A program made the translations under genes and the position numbers. From the NCBI GenBank assembly GCA_028534125.1, contig CM052816.1:98768001-98832000 (forward strand): DNA of 64,000 nt, read 5' to 3'. Under the pieces are notes generated by a model, which ran no database searches, was not told where the DNA came from, and saw nothing but the letters and a program-made list of their open reading frames with translations. Of the stretch, positions 1-11,970 are shown one piece after another (the stretch's first letter is position 1; every line of letters begins with the position of its first letter). The DNA comes from Lama glama. Taxonomy: Eukaryota.

Positions 1-69
1 GAGCGTGGAGGGAAGAGAATCGTGGGTAAGAGGAGGGAGAGAAACAAAGAGAAGGAGAAGCAAGATAGA

Positions 70-660
70 AATAAAGGAAGAGCAACAATAGGATTTTCCA
101 AAAAGAACAGAGAGGAGCAGGATGTCTTAAAAGAGAGGGGGAAAGATCAAAGACCAAAAAAGAAAAAAAAAGTATTTGTCAGATATTAGAAAATGAAGAC
201 AGCAGAAAACCTGGAAGATAAAATGTAAAAAATCTCCTGGAACAAAAAGATGAAGAGATGGACATTTGAAAAGAAAACATAGGAGCATTGAAACATGAGC
301 CTGAGGTACTGAGATTTCAGAAGGCAAAGTCATAAAGAATGAAAGGGGAAGTTATTAAAATACTCTTTTTCCCTAAATTGAAAGGGCCCTCGATGGACTC
401 AGCAAACAATGAAGATATGACGACATTAAAGCAGATTAGAAACTCAGGAATAAATAAAAGACCCTCCAGCTCCCAGCAAGGGAGAGGTGAAAAAACCAAA
501 CCGAACCAAACCACCAGCAGCAGAAAACCAGATCCCAAGAAAAGGACTGGAGCCGGATTAGCAGCAGACAGCACAGCGGCCGCAACACGAGGCAGACCAT
601 GATGTCACGCTCACCAAGCTCCGAGGGACAGTGACTCCCACCCCTGCATCCTGTTCTCAG
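70..660 (+). mobile_element. Very old L1-like (ORF1/HAL1-type) fragment
   Basis: A-rich degenerate sequence resembling L1 ORF1-region relics; recognised by eye only. Confidence 0.35.
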
Positions 661-974
661 ACTCGCCGGCATCCCTGAGGCCTCAGACGGCTCAGCTCCC
701 CCGACACTTCCTCAGACAGCGGAAGAGGCTGCTCCCCGGGACAGCGGGGTCCGCCGAGACAGACCCGGCCAGGCCCCGGGGACCCCGGGTTTCCCACATC
801 CTAGAGAACGGAGTCCTGGGATGACCTGCCCAGGTCGGAGCAGGGACGGTGGCACCGGGATGAGGTCCCCAGGAGAAAGGAACCAAAGTCTCTGGTGTAT
901 TTAACGGTGTGCAAAGCACCATGACAGGCGTGTGACACCTCCCCTCCTCTACCTCCTGTCCAGCCCCCACCCGC

Positions 975-1240
975 TCAGTGAAGCCTGCCAGACACCCTAC
1001 ACCCCTGCCCCCACGGCTCCGACCGCCTCTGCCTTGTTCTTTTTTCTTCCTTTTTATCCGTGGCTCTTATCATCTTCTAAATAAACTCTAAAGAGTTTAA
1101 AACATACCCTCTGTTTAACTGTAGACTGCGTCTCTCCCCATGCAACTCAAGACACGGACTTCTGTCTGTCTGCCGTTAATGCGTCCCAAGTGCCTGGAGC
1201 AGAGCCGGCTCTCAGCTTCCGGTGGTTGAATAATAAATCC
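975..1240 (+). mobile_element. L2 LINE 3' fragment
   Basis: ctcagtgaagcct... to ...cccaagtgcctggagcagagcc...gttgaataataaat, the typical L2 3' end layout. Confidence 0.6.
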
Positions 1241-4200
1241 ATGAACATGAATCTTGTAGGGGTTTAAGTTAAAAAAAAAAAAAACCTAAATAGGCAAGGC
1301 AATTCAGGCAATAGTTACCTTTTAGAAAAATGAAATGTTATATACAAAAAGGACCAGAATCAGGGAATTTTACTCAGCCAGCAAAGAATAATCAAAAATG
1401 ACGTAAATGAGGAATACTAAAGGGATGTCATCTTACTGGAAGGATGGAGGCAAAGGAAGTTGGCACTAGGAGAGAGCTTAGTGACGGGAGAGCCGTACAA
1501 AGTGAGGCAGAACAGCCGCAGCCTCCCCTGTGATGGATAAAAGGATGATCTCCAAAACCAACGAGCAGGAAAATGGTAATTACACATACGACTTAGAAAC
1601 ACTGCAACAGGTTCCAGAAGAGAGAACCAGAGTAACTGAATTGGTTACCCCGGTCGCTGGGACCGCGGTGGGCTGGGGGCGGGGCAGGGAGTGTGACTTC
1701 TCCCTGAGCTTAAAGCTCAATACGGCTTTTTAAACCATCTGCATGTAGTTACTCAATAGAATAAAATCGATTAAAATAATAGATGTAAGAAGCAAAAACC
1801 TAGGTTTAATTTAAATGTTGATTTTGAGGATTTAAGTGAATTCTTCTCTCAGTCCTCTTTTTTATTAATATATGTAATAAATGCATCAAAACAATCAAAA
1901 ATCCATTAGTGGTGGAATTTTTTTTTGACATAGAAGTAAAATAAGACTGTGATAACGTGGCAGCTGGAGGCAGAAGAGGGTAGTTGTGTGGATTCTTGCC
2001 TTGCGTTGGATCCAGACAAATCTAAACATCCTAGGAGTCTGTGGCCTTTCCTTTATGACAATTACATTCCTGGTGACCGCAGTCAGAAGCATACTGAGAA
2101 TCTGCTCTCTCTTTTGGGTCTTTTGCCCTGAACTTACATGGAACCGGTAGGAAAAGAAATGAAGCTGAACATAAAAATTGTTTCTGCTGTCACGTGGTCC
2201 TTTCTGACCCTGCAACATCATTTCTTGGTTGAAATGAGGTCTTGTCTTGAAAGCAGTATTTTAATTGAAAATGTGACTTACTGAAACAAATTAATTTAAG
2301 GATCTCTTTGGTTCTGGGAATACGGTTTAAAAATTTATGTGTGCCTTTAAAAAATGCAATGAAACATACGTAATATTTACTGGAAACTTTATAAATAAAA
2401 CAAGGACTGCTTAAGCAGAAACACTGCCTAAAGAGGGCTGAGAAAAATCTAAGATGCAGTAATGATATTCATACTGGTCAAAAAAAAAATCTCACAGCCA
2501 CATGAGAAAATTAATGCATAAATCTAGTTTTCCTTCTAGAACTTACTAATATTATAAGGCCTCGACAACTTGAATATGAATATGTTTGGCAAAACCATGG
2601 CTTATAGCTGGCTTTGGAATGACAACATGTCACAAGTCAATCAAAATTGATCTGAATTCTTAAGCAAATTCCAATGTGACTTGCTAAGTAAACGATTAAA
2701 TTCCTGTGTCAAATTCTAAAGTCAATGAATTTGGTTTCCCTCTTAGGCTGAAGCTCTTTCTAGATTCCGTGAGTTCACTGTACAGATTTGCTCAATTTTC
2801 CTAGTCCTGTAGGGTCAGTAATTTTTTGTTTTTAATTTAATGAAAATTTTTTTATGGTGGTAGGGGTGGGGTGGGATGAGGAGGCAGGCAGAAAGGAGAG
2901 AGATTACGGTAGGAAAAAAAATACCTTTTTCTTCCAAAATGACTCAGGCAGTTTCTCAGGAATGTGCCGTTTCATAGTCTGCCACACAGTACTGCCTTGT
3001 GAGTCTGGCCTCAAACCTTAAAGGACCCTACGACAGAACCCTTCCATAAGCCAGAAGCCCACCCTTGGCACTAGTTGCTATGGAGACAGATGCAGTGTCT
3101 GTTTTTCTAAAGGCTAGCTTAAAGCATCTTCCTTTTTAAAACCTAGTTTATTACAGTATCATTTCACGTCAAGTAGCAGGAGCCAAGCTAGACACCTGTC
3201 ACCTTTTTATTCCAGCATGAAAAGAATATGCATGATTCGTGAGCATAAATTCAGACTGAGGGCATGAATTATAGGTGTGACCCACCCAAAACGTACAAGT
3301 GGTAGAATTCATGAATCTTTTCATTAAATCTAAACATTGTTTATAAATACCACACTCTCAAGAATGCAAGTCACTGGCTATTGTTAAATAAGATGAGATG
3401 ATTTCTAGGTGAACCGAAATATGGAGAGTACATTATTCAACTATGTTGAGGAGGATAGTATGATATTTTGAGTAGATGAAATTGTTAACAGTGTGAAGTG
3501 TTTTTTCTTTCTTCTTTGATCCTTACTGTCTGCATTTAAGTTGCATAGTTTTGATTTCTTGAGTGGTATCACTGGATGAACACATGAGTTTTCCAGGACT
3601 GATGCTCAGAATACTTGACACCATGAACCTGGCTCTGGCAAGGGCTAATCCAGAAAGACCCTTGGCAGCGTGAGCCCACGGCTGCCCTGCTGGGGAGGCT
3701 GTAGACAGGCCCCAGATGTGGACACATCACTCCTGGGGCTGCGGAGGAGAGATGTTTGCAAATCCACATCTCTGTCAAGGTGGTAGCTGAGGAAAAGTTT
3801 TCAGTGACCGATTCTGAACTGACAGATGGCTCAGAAATACTTGGCCAATATTCAGTCCAATATTCCAAGAGCCACCCTCTTTCTGTCCCTGTGGTCTTGC
3901 CTTCTGGAAAATACAACCTGAAAAACAAACAAATAAACCTGGCCTGCAAAGACAAATGGAATGTTTTCAGTCCACTGAACGAATTGCCCGGTTCTCTGGT
4001 TTTGGAAGCCATGTTCCCTGAGACATAGCTCCTCACAATGCAGACAAGTGCTCCCTCATCAGCCCTCCTGGGAGCATTTACCCAAAGCTGTCCGGCACAG
4101 CAGCGGGCTTAGGAGACTTCCTGTGGGGCAGAGCCAGTGCTCCTTGATGCTTCTAGAAAGGTGGGGTGTCAGACAGACCCCAGAGGCTCTCAGGATGCCC

Positions 4201-4788
4201 GTGTGCGGGCCTCCCCGGGCAGCGAGCACCCCTGCTCCTGGACTGAGCCACAAACCAAGTGCTGGTTTGCTCACACTGGTGTCCAGGCTGGGGGAAAAAT
4301 GCACATCTTTAAACGCTGGATGGAAGCCAAGCCCTGTCAGATGGAAGCAAACCCGAAGTCACCCCGGAGAAGAGCAGCATGGTGCCCTCTGTCCAGGACT
4401 GACTCAGCCTGTTTCCCTCGCGTCATTAATTGAGCCCCAACAATACCTTAAAAATGCCAGTCATGTGCTTTGACAAAATGCATCTCAGACAAAAAGTGGA
4501 CCCTCTTAACCCCCAGGTGGCATTTAGATGGACATAGTGACATATTTTTATTGGCGAATCACTGAAATGAAATGAATTATAACCTTTTTTTCCTTTTATC
4601 CTAATTCTGGTTCCCCAACTGATTAAGCCAACTCTGCCCACCAAGTCTGCACCCATGACCTGGGCGATCTGGCTCAGTTTAGGACCTGCGGGCCCAAGCT
4701 CTCCACTCAGGGGGCTGCTCAGGGCACTGCCCGCCTCGCTTCCTCCTTCCCTTCAAGGCTGCAGTTGCCCTCCTGTGCTCCCAGGTGG

Positions 4789-5700
4789 CGTAACGGAGCA
4801 GGATCTGATGGAGCCTTTCCAGGGCCTCCACCCGCCTCTTGTTTGAGGAAAACCTTTAGCCAAAGAATAAATTTAATCAGAGCAGCGAGAAAATGCACAA
4901 GCAAAGAAAAACAGTCAAACAAGACAAAAGAATCATAGTCTGGCCATCCAACAAAGTCAAGGACCTTTAGTTCCTCCTTAGGGGCGACAGATAATGTCCT
5001 GAACCGTATTTTTTGAGCTGTTTTGCAGACACTGAAACCCCCAGCAGGTGGAAGAAGTTAACTATATGATGACCAGACTGTAGCCATGACATAAGCTGCT
5101 CCGTCTTGCACAATTCTGAGAACTGGCCTCAAGGAAATGGGAAAAAACTGACCCTGGAACTCAAGATTAATGTACTTTAAACAATCGAGATGATGCATGA
5201 CCAATTTCAAGACGACTGTTGGAGCTGACTGTGCTGTTCTGCACATAGCCCCTCCCTCTGCCTGTGCCCCCCTGGAACCCCTCATTACAAGCTCTTGCAC
5301 CCTATTAATAGACACATGTCACTATACATAAAGTATATAAACAACAAGGACCTACTGTATAGCACAAGGCACTATATTCAGTTTCTTGTAATAACATATA
5401 ATGGAAAAGAATCTGAAAAAACACATCCATATATATGTGTATAACTAAATTGCTTTGCTGTACACCTGAAACTAACACTGTAAATCAACTACACTTCAAA
5501 TAAAAAAATAAAATTTAAAACAAAACAAAAAAACTCCTGCCCCCTGATCTGTACCTGGGAGTTGGTTCTTTGGGACATGAGTCCACCTTCTCCCCAGGTT
5601 GTTGGCCTTCTGACTAAAGCAACTTTTCCTTTCTTACCAACACTTGCCTCTCAGATATTGGCTTTCAAGTGGTGAACAGCCAGACCTGAGTTGGATAACA
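4789..5700 (+). mobile_element. ERV1-type solo LTR interrupted by an L1 tail
   Basis: Termini cgtaac...ataaca (decayed TG...CA), flanks GTGG/GAGG as a probable 4-bp TSD, and an LTR-like U5. Confidence 0.65.
5304..5530 (+). mobile_element. 5'-truncated L1 3' end (cetartiodactyl type) with A-tail
   Basis: aacaacaaggacctactgtatagcaca...ctgtacacctgaaactaacactgtaaatcaactacacttcaaataaaaa. Candidate TSD 5289-5303 / 5531-5545 (12/15 identical). Confidence 0.85.
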
Positions 5701-6699
5701 GAGGCCTTGGCTCTGATTCTTTCACTGGGAAAACAAAAAGGATGAGGAAGGACCTGGCTCAGTGTCCAGCCACCAGCCCTCCTGGGCCATCCCTGCTTCC
5801 ACCTAGAGCCCACCCTCACAACTGCCACCACATCTGCTCTCTCTACTCCCATTCTGGTCATTCCCAAAGGCTCACCACCCACTGCACCTGCTCCCACGTG
5901 GAAAGAGAGAAGCAGCAGCTGACCCTCCCTGGGCTTCACGGCCACTTACGGTTGGGGTTCTGCCCCTTGGCTTTCCTTCATGGTGAGACCCCTGGGGGAT
6001 GTGCCTGTGCTTGGGGTTTTGTTTATCACCCCGTCTCTCTCTCTCTCCATCCGTACCTTTGTTCCCAGAGCCCACCAGAAACAGTCACATGGTGCTGATG
6101 CTCAAAACCTCCCCAACTTTTATCAAAGCTGGAGGGGCAGGATGTGACCAGTCTCAGCTTCCCAGGTGGTGCAGGCTCAGAACCCCCCACCGCCCACCTT
6201 CAGTGAGTGTCTTCTGTCTGCTGTCTGGCTCCTTTTCCAGCAATTTCTCACCTCCCTCAAAGAACGCATGCAGAGAGCTCTAGCAGCCGTGTGTAATTCA
6301 TCTGTAAGGAGACTTACTCTAGTTTCAGCCCTGCCACAGTTCACTTAGCTTTTTATATAAATTACTTATTTCTGAGAGTTTTACAATAATCATGGGTAAA
6401 GAATCTTGGATGTTTTAAAAGTTATACTAATTTATACGGTGGTCTGTTTTATTTATGTATATAAAAAAGCAGTGGCGTAAAGAAAAACGAGAATATATTA
6501 TTTCCTGCAACAGTGGCAATAAAAGAGCATAAAGAGAATTCTCCAGGTCATCAGAAGAGGCCAGAGCCATGGAGCAATCAGATGCACAGGCAGGCCTGGT
6601 GAATGGGATACAGAATAGGCTGCGAGACCTAAATCCAGTTGCAGAGCCATTAACCCGCACACCGATGGGCTACGCTTGTGTGCAAAAGACAGTCTTGAT

Positions 6700-7360
6700 C
6701 TGATGGAGTTGAAATGCAACAGAAAATTATTTATTCAAGGTACAGAAAAACTTAAATAATATAGACATTTAAAAATAAAGAGAATGAAGAAATGTCAGGC
6801 AGGCCAAAAATAATCAAGTGAAAGCCAGTGCTGCAATGTGCATTTCTGAAAAAAAGAGATCATCTGTTGAAAAGCAATGTCGGGGAAGGATGGTCACTAT
6901 TTCATCATAAAGAGCAACTTACGCAGAAACCATCACCCTGCCTTACCACGAAAAGTGGAATTTTAACGTAAATTATAAGATAAAATTAACAGAGAAATTG
7001 AAAAATAAATAACTATAATTTAAGATTTAAAAGTATTTCTCTCAGAAACAGATACACAAGACAGACAAAAGTCAGCACATGTCTGCATAAATAACTAAGG
7101 AGTTTGCTCTGTCATATAAATAACCCGAATACAACACAAAACACACATTCCTTCATTCCCACGGAAAATATTTATAAAAACTCCAACTATAAGGCATAAA
7201 GGAAGTCTTGAAGAGGCTAAAAATGATATAACTTTAACTCTTTCTTTGATCTCAATGTAATAACATCTGAAATAACAACAACAAAAATTTCCATGAAACC
7301 AGATTAAATTTAGAAACGCAAAACCACATTTTAAATAGTTCACAGATCAGAAAGTAAAAC
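6700..7360 (+). mobile_element. Old L1 (L1M) ORF2 endonuclease-region relic
   Basis: A-rich, with degenerate similarity to the 5' part of L1 ORF2. Confidence 0.55.
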
Positions 7361-7516
7361 AGTGGTGCCTAATCTTACCTAAAAACAACATATTTTGTTC
7401 TCTCCCCAAAAAAGACGTGATTGCGAGTGAAGCTTCAACAAGTATTTCCAGAAGCACCGATTAGTGTCCTTGCAGTGAATATACAGACACAGACACAGAT
7501 TGCAGTAAACCCCATT

Positions 7517-7557
7517 CTTTCCCTCCCTCCCTCCCTCTCTCTCTCCTTCTTTCTTTC
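7517..7557. repeat. Pyrimidine simple repeat (CCCT)n(CT)n(CTTT)n
   Basis: Seen directly. Confidence 0.8.
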
Positions 7558-9338
7558 AATCTAATTCTCATCTGTTTATTCTTTCTAATTATCATCTATT
7601 TGCTTTTCATTTTTACTCCAAAATATTTGAAATACATGCCACAGGGTGCATTATTAGACTTGGTGAATATTAGAGTCAATCATATTGAGGACTAAAGACC
7701 AGAATAGTGAAAATATTATGAAAAACTTAGATATTATTTAACCATGAGTACCAGGTTAGTTCCCCAAAATATAGAAGTACTCCCAAGGTGCCTTTCTGCC
7801 TTTGTTCACATGGACACATGCATACAGATAAAACAACAAAATGCACACACACACGTACGCACCAAAACAAAACAAACAAACAGGCAAAAGAAACAATAAC
7901 AAATGTTTTATAGAACTACGTAAGGCAGATTTTTCAATGTGAAATGGTAAATCCAGATCTAAAAAGCTAATGTTTATATCTCCACTGCTTCTGCAATGGT
8001 TTCTATGTTAATATATCAGTGACCGAGGAAAAGTCAACTCAGTCTTGCTTAGGACCAAGCTGTCCACATTTGCAAACTTGATTTTCATCAGGGATATCCT
8101 GGAACAGACGTCTGTGCCAGGCTGGATGCGTTTTAGTCATTGTGTTGGTGTTAAGTGGTGTCCTTCCTGGGGGAGACACATTAAGATGCCATCTTTTATA
8201 CTGAGATACTACCACCCCTGTGTAGTCACAGGTGATGATACGGTCTCAGTTCAGGACACTCCCACCTGAGCTGGCAACTCCACACTTTAGCTGAATGTTT
8301 CTCCAAAAAGTATCAGTTATAGATGCTGTAACGCTTCGGGTTTCCCTGATGAAATGGAGAAGGTTAGATGACTTTTCAGTGGGGGTGCAGTGGGGCGAGG
8401 ACAAGGCATCTAAAGATTAGGGGCCCCCTCGGGGAGGTGGCGTCTGGGGCTTGAGCTGTAGCGCCAGTTGCCCTGATACAGCCAGGCGCACTCCCAGAAA
8501 AACAGGGCTGGAAGTTGCGGAGCCCAGGGGACACATCTTAACAGATCCTGTTAAGCACTCCTCACCATTGCTCCATTCACCTGCAACTGTTCTTGAGTTC
8601 AGCAAAAATGGCGCTCATCCCGTTAAGTGAAAAGAAAGTAAGGAAAGATAACTGTGCCAAGTGTCCTTTAACCTTCACACCTGCCACTGTGCTGTCACCA
8701 GAGAAATCCACGATTTGAAGTCATTGCATTCCAAACACAAGAGCGAGGCATACCTGATTTACCAAAAAAAGAAACATTCTAGGACAATTCCCAAAGACTC
8801 CAGAAAGCAAGGTTGAAACAGAAGCGAGGCTGCTGGGCAGGACTGACCGTGTCATTTGTGGAATCCAGTGCAAGGTGACAGATCATTAGGCATTTCAAGT
8901 TGGTGGCAGCAGAGAATTAAACCCTGGGGGGACTCTTCTGAGCCCAAGGCCCTGGGTGACTGGGACAGGTCACACGCCCCGGCAGCCAGTTCTACACCTA
9001 GTTTATCCCCAGTGGCTCTGGCAACTAAATGAACTGAGATGCTCACTTCTGAAGCATCCTGAGAGTTAAACCCTGTCACATATACAGACCACCTCGGCGA
9101 CAAGGGTCCTTTTCATTCCCTCGGTAACCCAAACACTCCTGGGCAGTGAATACTGTCTGAGCTTGTATCTAAGAGAGCTGAGACAAAAAAGTTATTGCCC
9201 CTTTTCTGTCGCAGGGCAGGGCTGCTCTAAGGAGGGCGCTGGCAATGAAGCTACCCTGCTGTGTCTCATCTCTTATGTCTACAGCGTGCAACCAAATGGA
9301 TGCAGCGGCCCGCCTCCGTATCTCCCTTGTAAAAGAAA

Positions 9339-9838
9339 NNNNNNNNNNNNNNNNNNNNNNNNNNNNNNNNNNNNNNNNNNNNNNNNNNNNNNNNNNNNNN
9401 NNNNNNNNNNNNNNNNNNNNNNNNNNNNNNNNNNNNNNNNNNNNNNNNNNNNNNNNNNNNNNNNNNNNNNNNNNNNNNNNNNNNNNNNNNNNNNNNNNNN
9501 NNNNNNNNNNNNNNNNNNNNNNNNNNNNNNNNNNNNNNNNNNNNNNNNNNNNNNNNNNNNNNNNNNNNNNNNNNNNNNNNNNNNNNNNNNNNNNNNNNNN
9601 NNNNNNNNNNNNNNNNNNNNNNNNNNNNNNNNNNNNNNNNNNNNNNNNNNNNNNNNNNNNNNNNNNNNNNNNNNNNNNNNNNNNNNNNNNNNNNNNNNNN
9701 NNNNNNNNNNNNNNNNNNNNNNNNNNNNNNNNNNNNNNNNNNNNNNNNNNNNNNNNNNNNNNNNNNNNNNNNNNNNNNNNNNNNNNNNNNNNNNNNNNNN
9801 NNNNNNNNNNNNNNNNNNNNNNNNNNNNNNNNNNNNNN
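9339..9838. other. Assembly gap (500 N)
   Basis: Run of N. Confidence 1.
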
Positions 9839-10399
9839 CACACCCCTTGGGGGCTCCTGGACCAGCTGCAGGGTCTCTGACAGACGTGAGACCTGGGCCA
9901 GAGGCTGCATTAACCCCAGGAGCCTCCTTCAGGCAGGAAGAATTCCCAGGCAGGCTCCAAGGCCTGCGGGGTGATGGATGAGGGGCCTGAGGCACTGGAT
10001 TCCTTATGCAAGTTTTGACCCTTGTCTCTCTCACTGTCACGCTGCAGGGCGTGTGGGGAGGAACCAGCTGAGTCAGGGCCACTGGCCGTATAAGGTGGCC
10101 GGTCCCCAGCTTCTGAGGGATGACGGATCTTCCAGGGAGGCCCTCCCTCTTCTAGTGCTGGGGGCAAGGTCCCAGCCCCTCAGATGCTGGTCCGTGATCT
10201 CCATGTCCATCCAGGGACGCACGCAGCTCAGAGCGACGGGAGGCAACGCCTCCCACCCGCCTGGGTTTCACCGTCTCGGGAAAGGCAGTGGGCATGGCGC
10301 TTCTGAGCGGCTCAGCAAAGCCAGCGCTCCTGGCTCTTTGGAATCAAGACGGGCGCGGTCACATGGATGGTGATGAGTGGCCGTCTGCAGGGTCTGGCT

Positions 10400-11110
10400 G
10401 GAGTGAGACTTCCATTCTGTAACCGCGATGGGTGACCCCCAACCCCTCTGTGGACACGAAGCCGGCGAGAGGCGGGGAGACTAGGACGCGCCCGGGCATG
10501 AGGGCTGCCGAGGGCAGGGCCGGACCACGGCCCCCCTCGGGGTCCTTCCCCATCCCCGTCTCGGGGAACCTGCGCTTCATTTAGGAACATGCAGGGGCGG
10601 CAGGCCCGATGCCAGGTGAGCGGGGTGACACCTGCCTTCCGCGGCCGGGCTCGCGCGCCGTGTCCACGGCTCCCCCGCCGCCGGGGCGGCCCCGCGAGCG
10701 GGTTCTGCGACACGTGTCACTCAGCAAGAAAAGGAAACAGCGGAGGGGCGGGAGGCTGAGAGCGCGCGAGGCCCCGGGTGCCGCCTGCAGGGACCCAGCA
10801 CGGCGCCGCCCGCAGAGAGCCTCCGCCTCGCTGGCCGGGTTCGCTGGCTGCCGGGCCCCCGCCTGGCCCCCGGGGCCCGCGGCCCTGGTTACGGATCGCC
10901 TGGCCGGGCTGAGCGCTCCCACGCCCCAGGCGTTATGCCTGCAAAGCTCCGACGCGCGTTCGGAGGAAGCCGGCGCGCTCACCTGGGGGGGCAGGCAGAC
11001 ACTTTGCAGGGCGTGAGCCCCGCGGCAGGCCGGGTGTCGGGACTGCAGAAGGACGCGTTCACGGGGAACCTCAGGTCTCTGTAGCAGCCTCCTCGCGTGG
11101 TCATGTGCCC
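10400..11110. promoter_or_regulatory. Intragenic CpG-island-like region over exon 18 and the start of the following intron
   Basis: Visibly very GC-rich and CpG-dense (CGCG runs, GGGGCGG boxes) against CpG-poor flanks. The CpG observed/expected ratio was not computed. Confidence 0.7.
10983..11109 (-). CDS. ADAMTS16: ADAMTS16 coding exon (~exon 18, 127 nt): TSR2
   Basis: tctctcacag|GG ... CCC AG|GTGAGC. Translates (G)HMTTRGGCYRDLRFPVNASFCSPDTRPAAGLTPCKVSACPP(S). The phase-1 start completes the CSVSCGGG of the previous exon. Absent from the ORF track. Confidence 0.94.
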
Positions 11111-11763
11111 TGTGAGAGACAGTGGGGTGCTCAGCAAAGGCTCACAAACGTGGAACGCGCCCCCCGGGGAAAGGCAGGCGGAGAGCTAATGAAACCTCTA
11201 TTGTGGAAAACCTGCCGTGTTTCCAGGCCCCTGTGCTAGCCACGGGGCTGACCACTGACAGTCTGCCTTTCTGAGCTGTCTGGGCAGTGTTTACCCGTGA
11301 GTTTCATCAGTTCTAAGGCGGCTGGTACCTTCCCCCTACATCTTAACATCTTTAAACACGTCTTGCTTTTGGTGCCAGCGTAGATTTGATGAAGCCGTCT
11401 ATTGCTTTTCCGTTGTTTCTAGAGTTGGGAACACCCGTCGTTTCTCAAACAAACACAATACTAAGTACACTCCCTTGTGTTTCCATTTGAGAGGTAACAG
11501 CGGGGAACGGACAAGAATAAAACAGAAAGGAACACAGGCAACAGGGTGATAAGCGCTTCACCACCAGAGACTTCACAGAGCAAAACCCCACCGCGGGCGC
11601 AGCCGACTGGGAATGCGTGATGACTTAGGCGTCGCACCCCATGAGGTCAGTGGAAAAGGAAGCTGCTCTGATCCCCAGCCTCCCTCTGCCTCCCAGTGCT
11701 GTTCAGGCTTTCTGAATGTCCCTAAATGTGCTCCATCTTTCAGGGCATCAAACTGACCAAACA

Positions 11764-11970
11764 AGAGGCACCTAGAATAGTCAGAACCGTAGAGGCAGAA
11801 AGTAGGAAGCTGCCTGCCAGGGCCTGGCGCAGGGAGGATGGGGAGTTAGTGTTCCGTGGGCACAGAGTTTCAGCCTGGGAAGATGAAGAAGATTTAGAGA
11901 TGGGGTGGTGATGGCTGCATACCAATGTGAACGTGCGTAATACCATTGAATGGTGCGCTCAGAAAAAGAA
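11764..11970 (+). mobile_element. L1MB-like 3' UTR fragment
   Basis: gaggcacctagaatagtca...gaggcagaaagtag...cagagtttcag...gatggctgcataccaatgtgaa matches the recalled L1MB 3' end. Confidence 0.75.

Noticed and set aside
9163..10082. Long ORFs of 211-272 aa in the ORF track
   Set aside because: They are artefacts of translating through the 500-N gap.
1..10982. Search for the next exon ([20 protein letters not shown]), including the idea that it is hidden in the gap
   Set aside because: Not found in the readable sequence. The human intron here is long as I recall, so the exon is probably outside the window. The gap cannot be excluded but nothing supports it.
10312..11016. Overlapping 133-135-aa Arg/Pro/Ala/Gly-rich ORFs
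   Set aside because: Expected by-product of CpG-island composition, with no protein-family signal.
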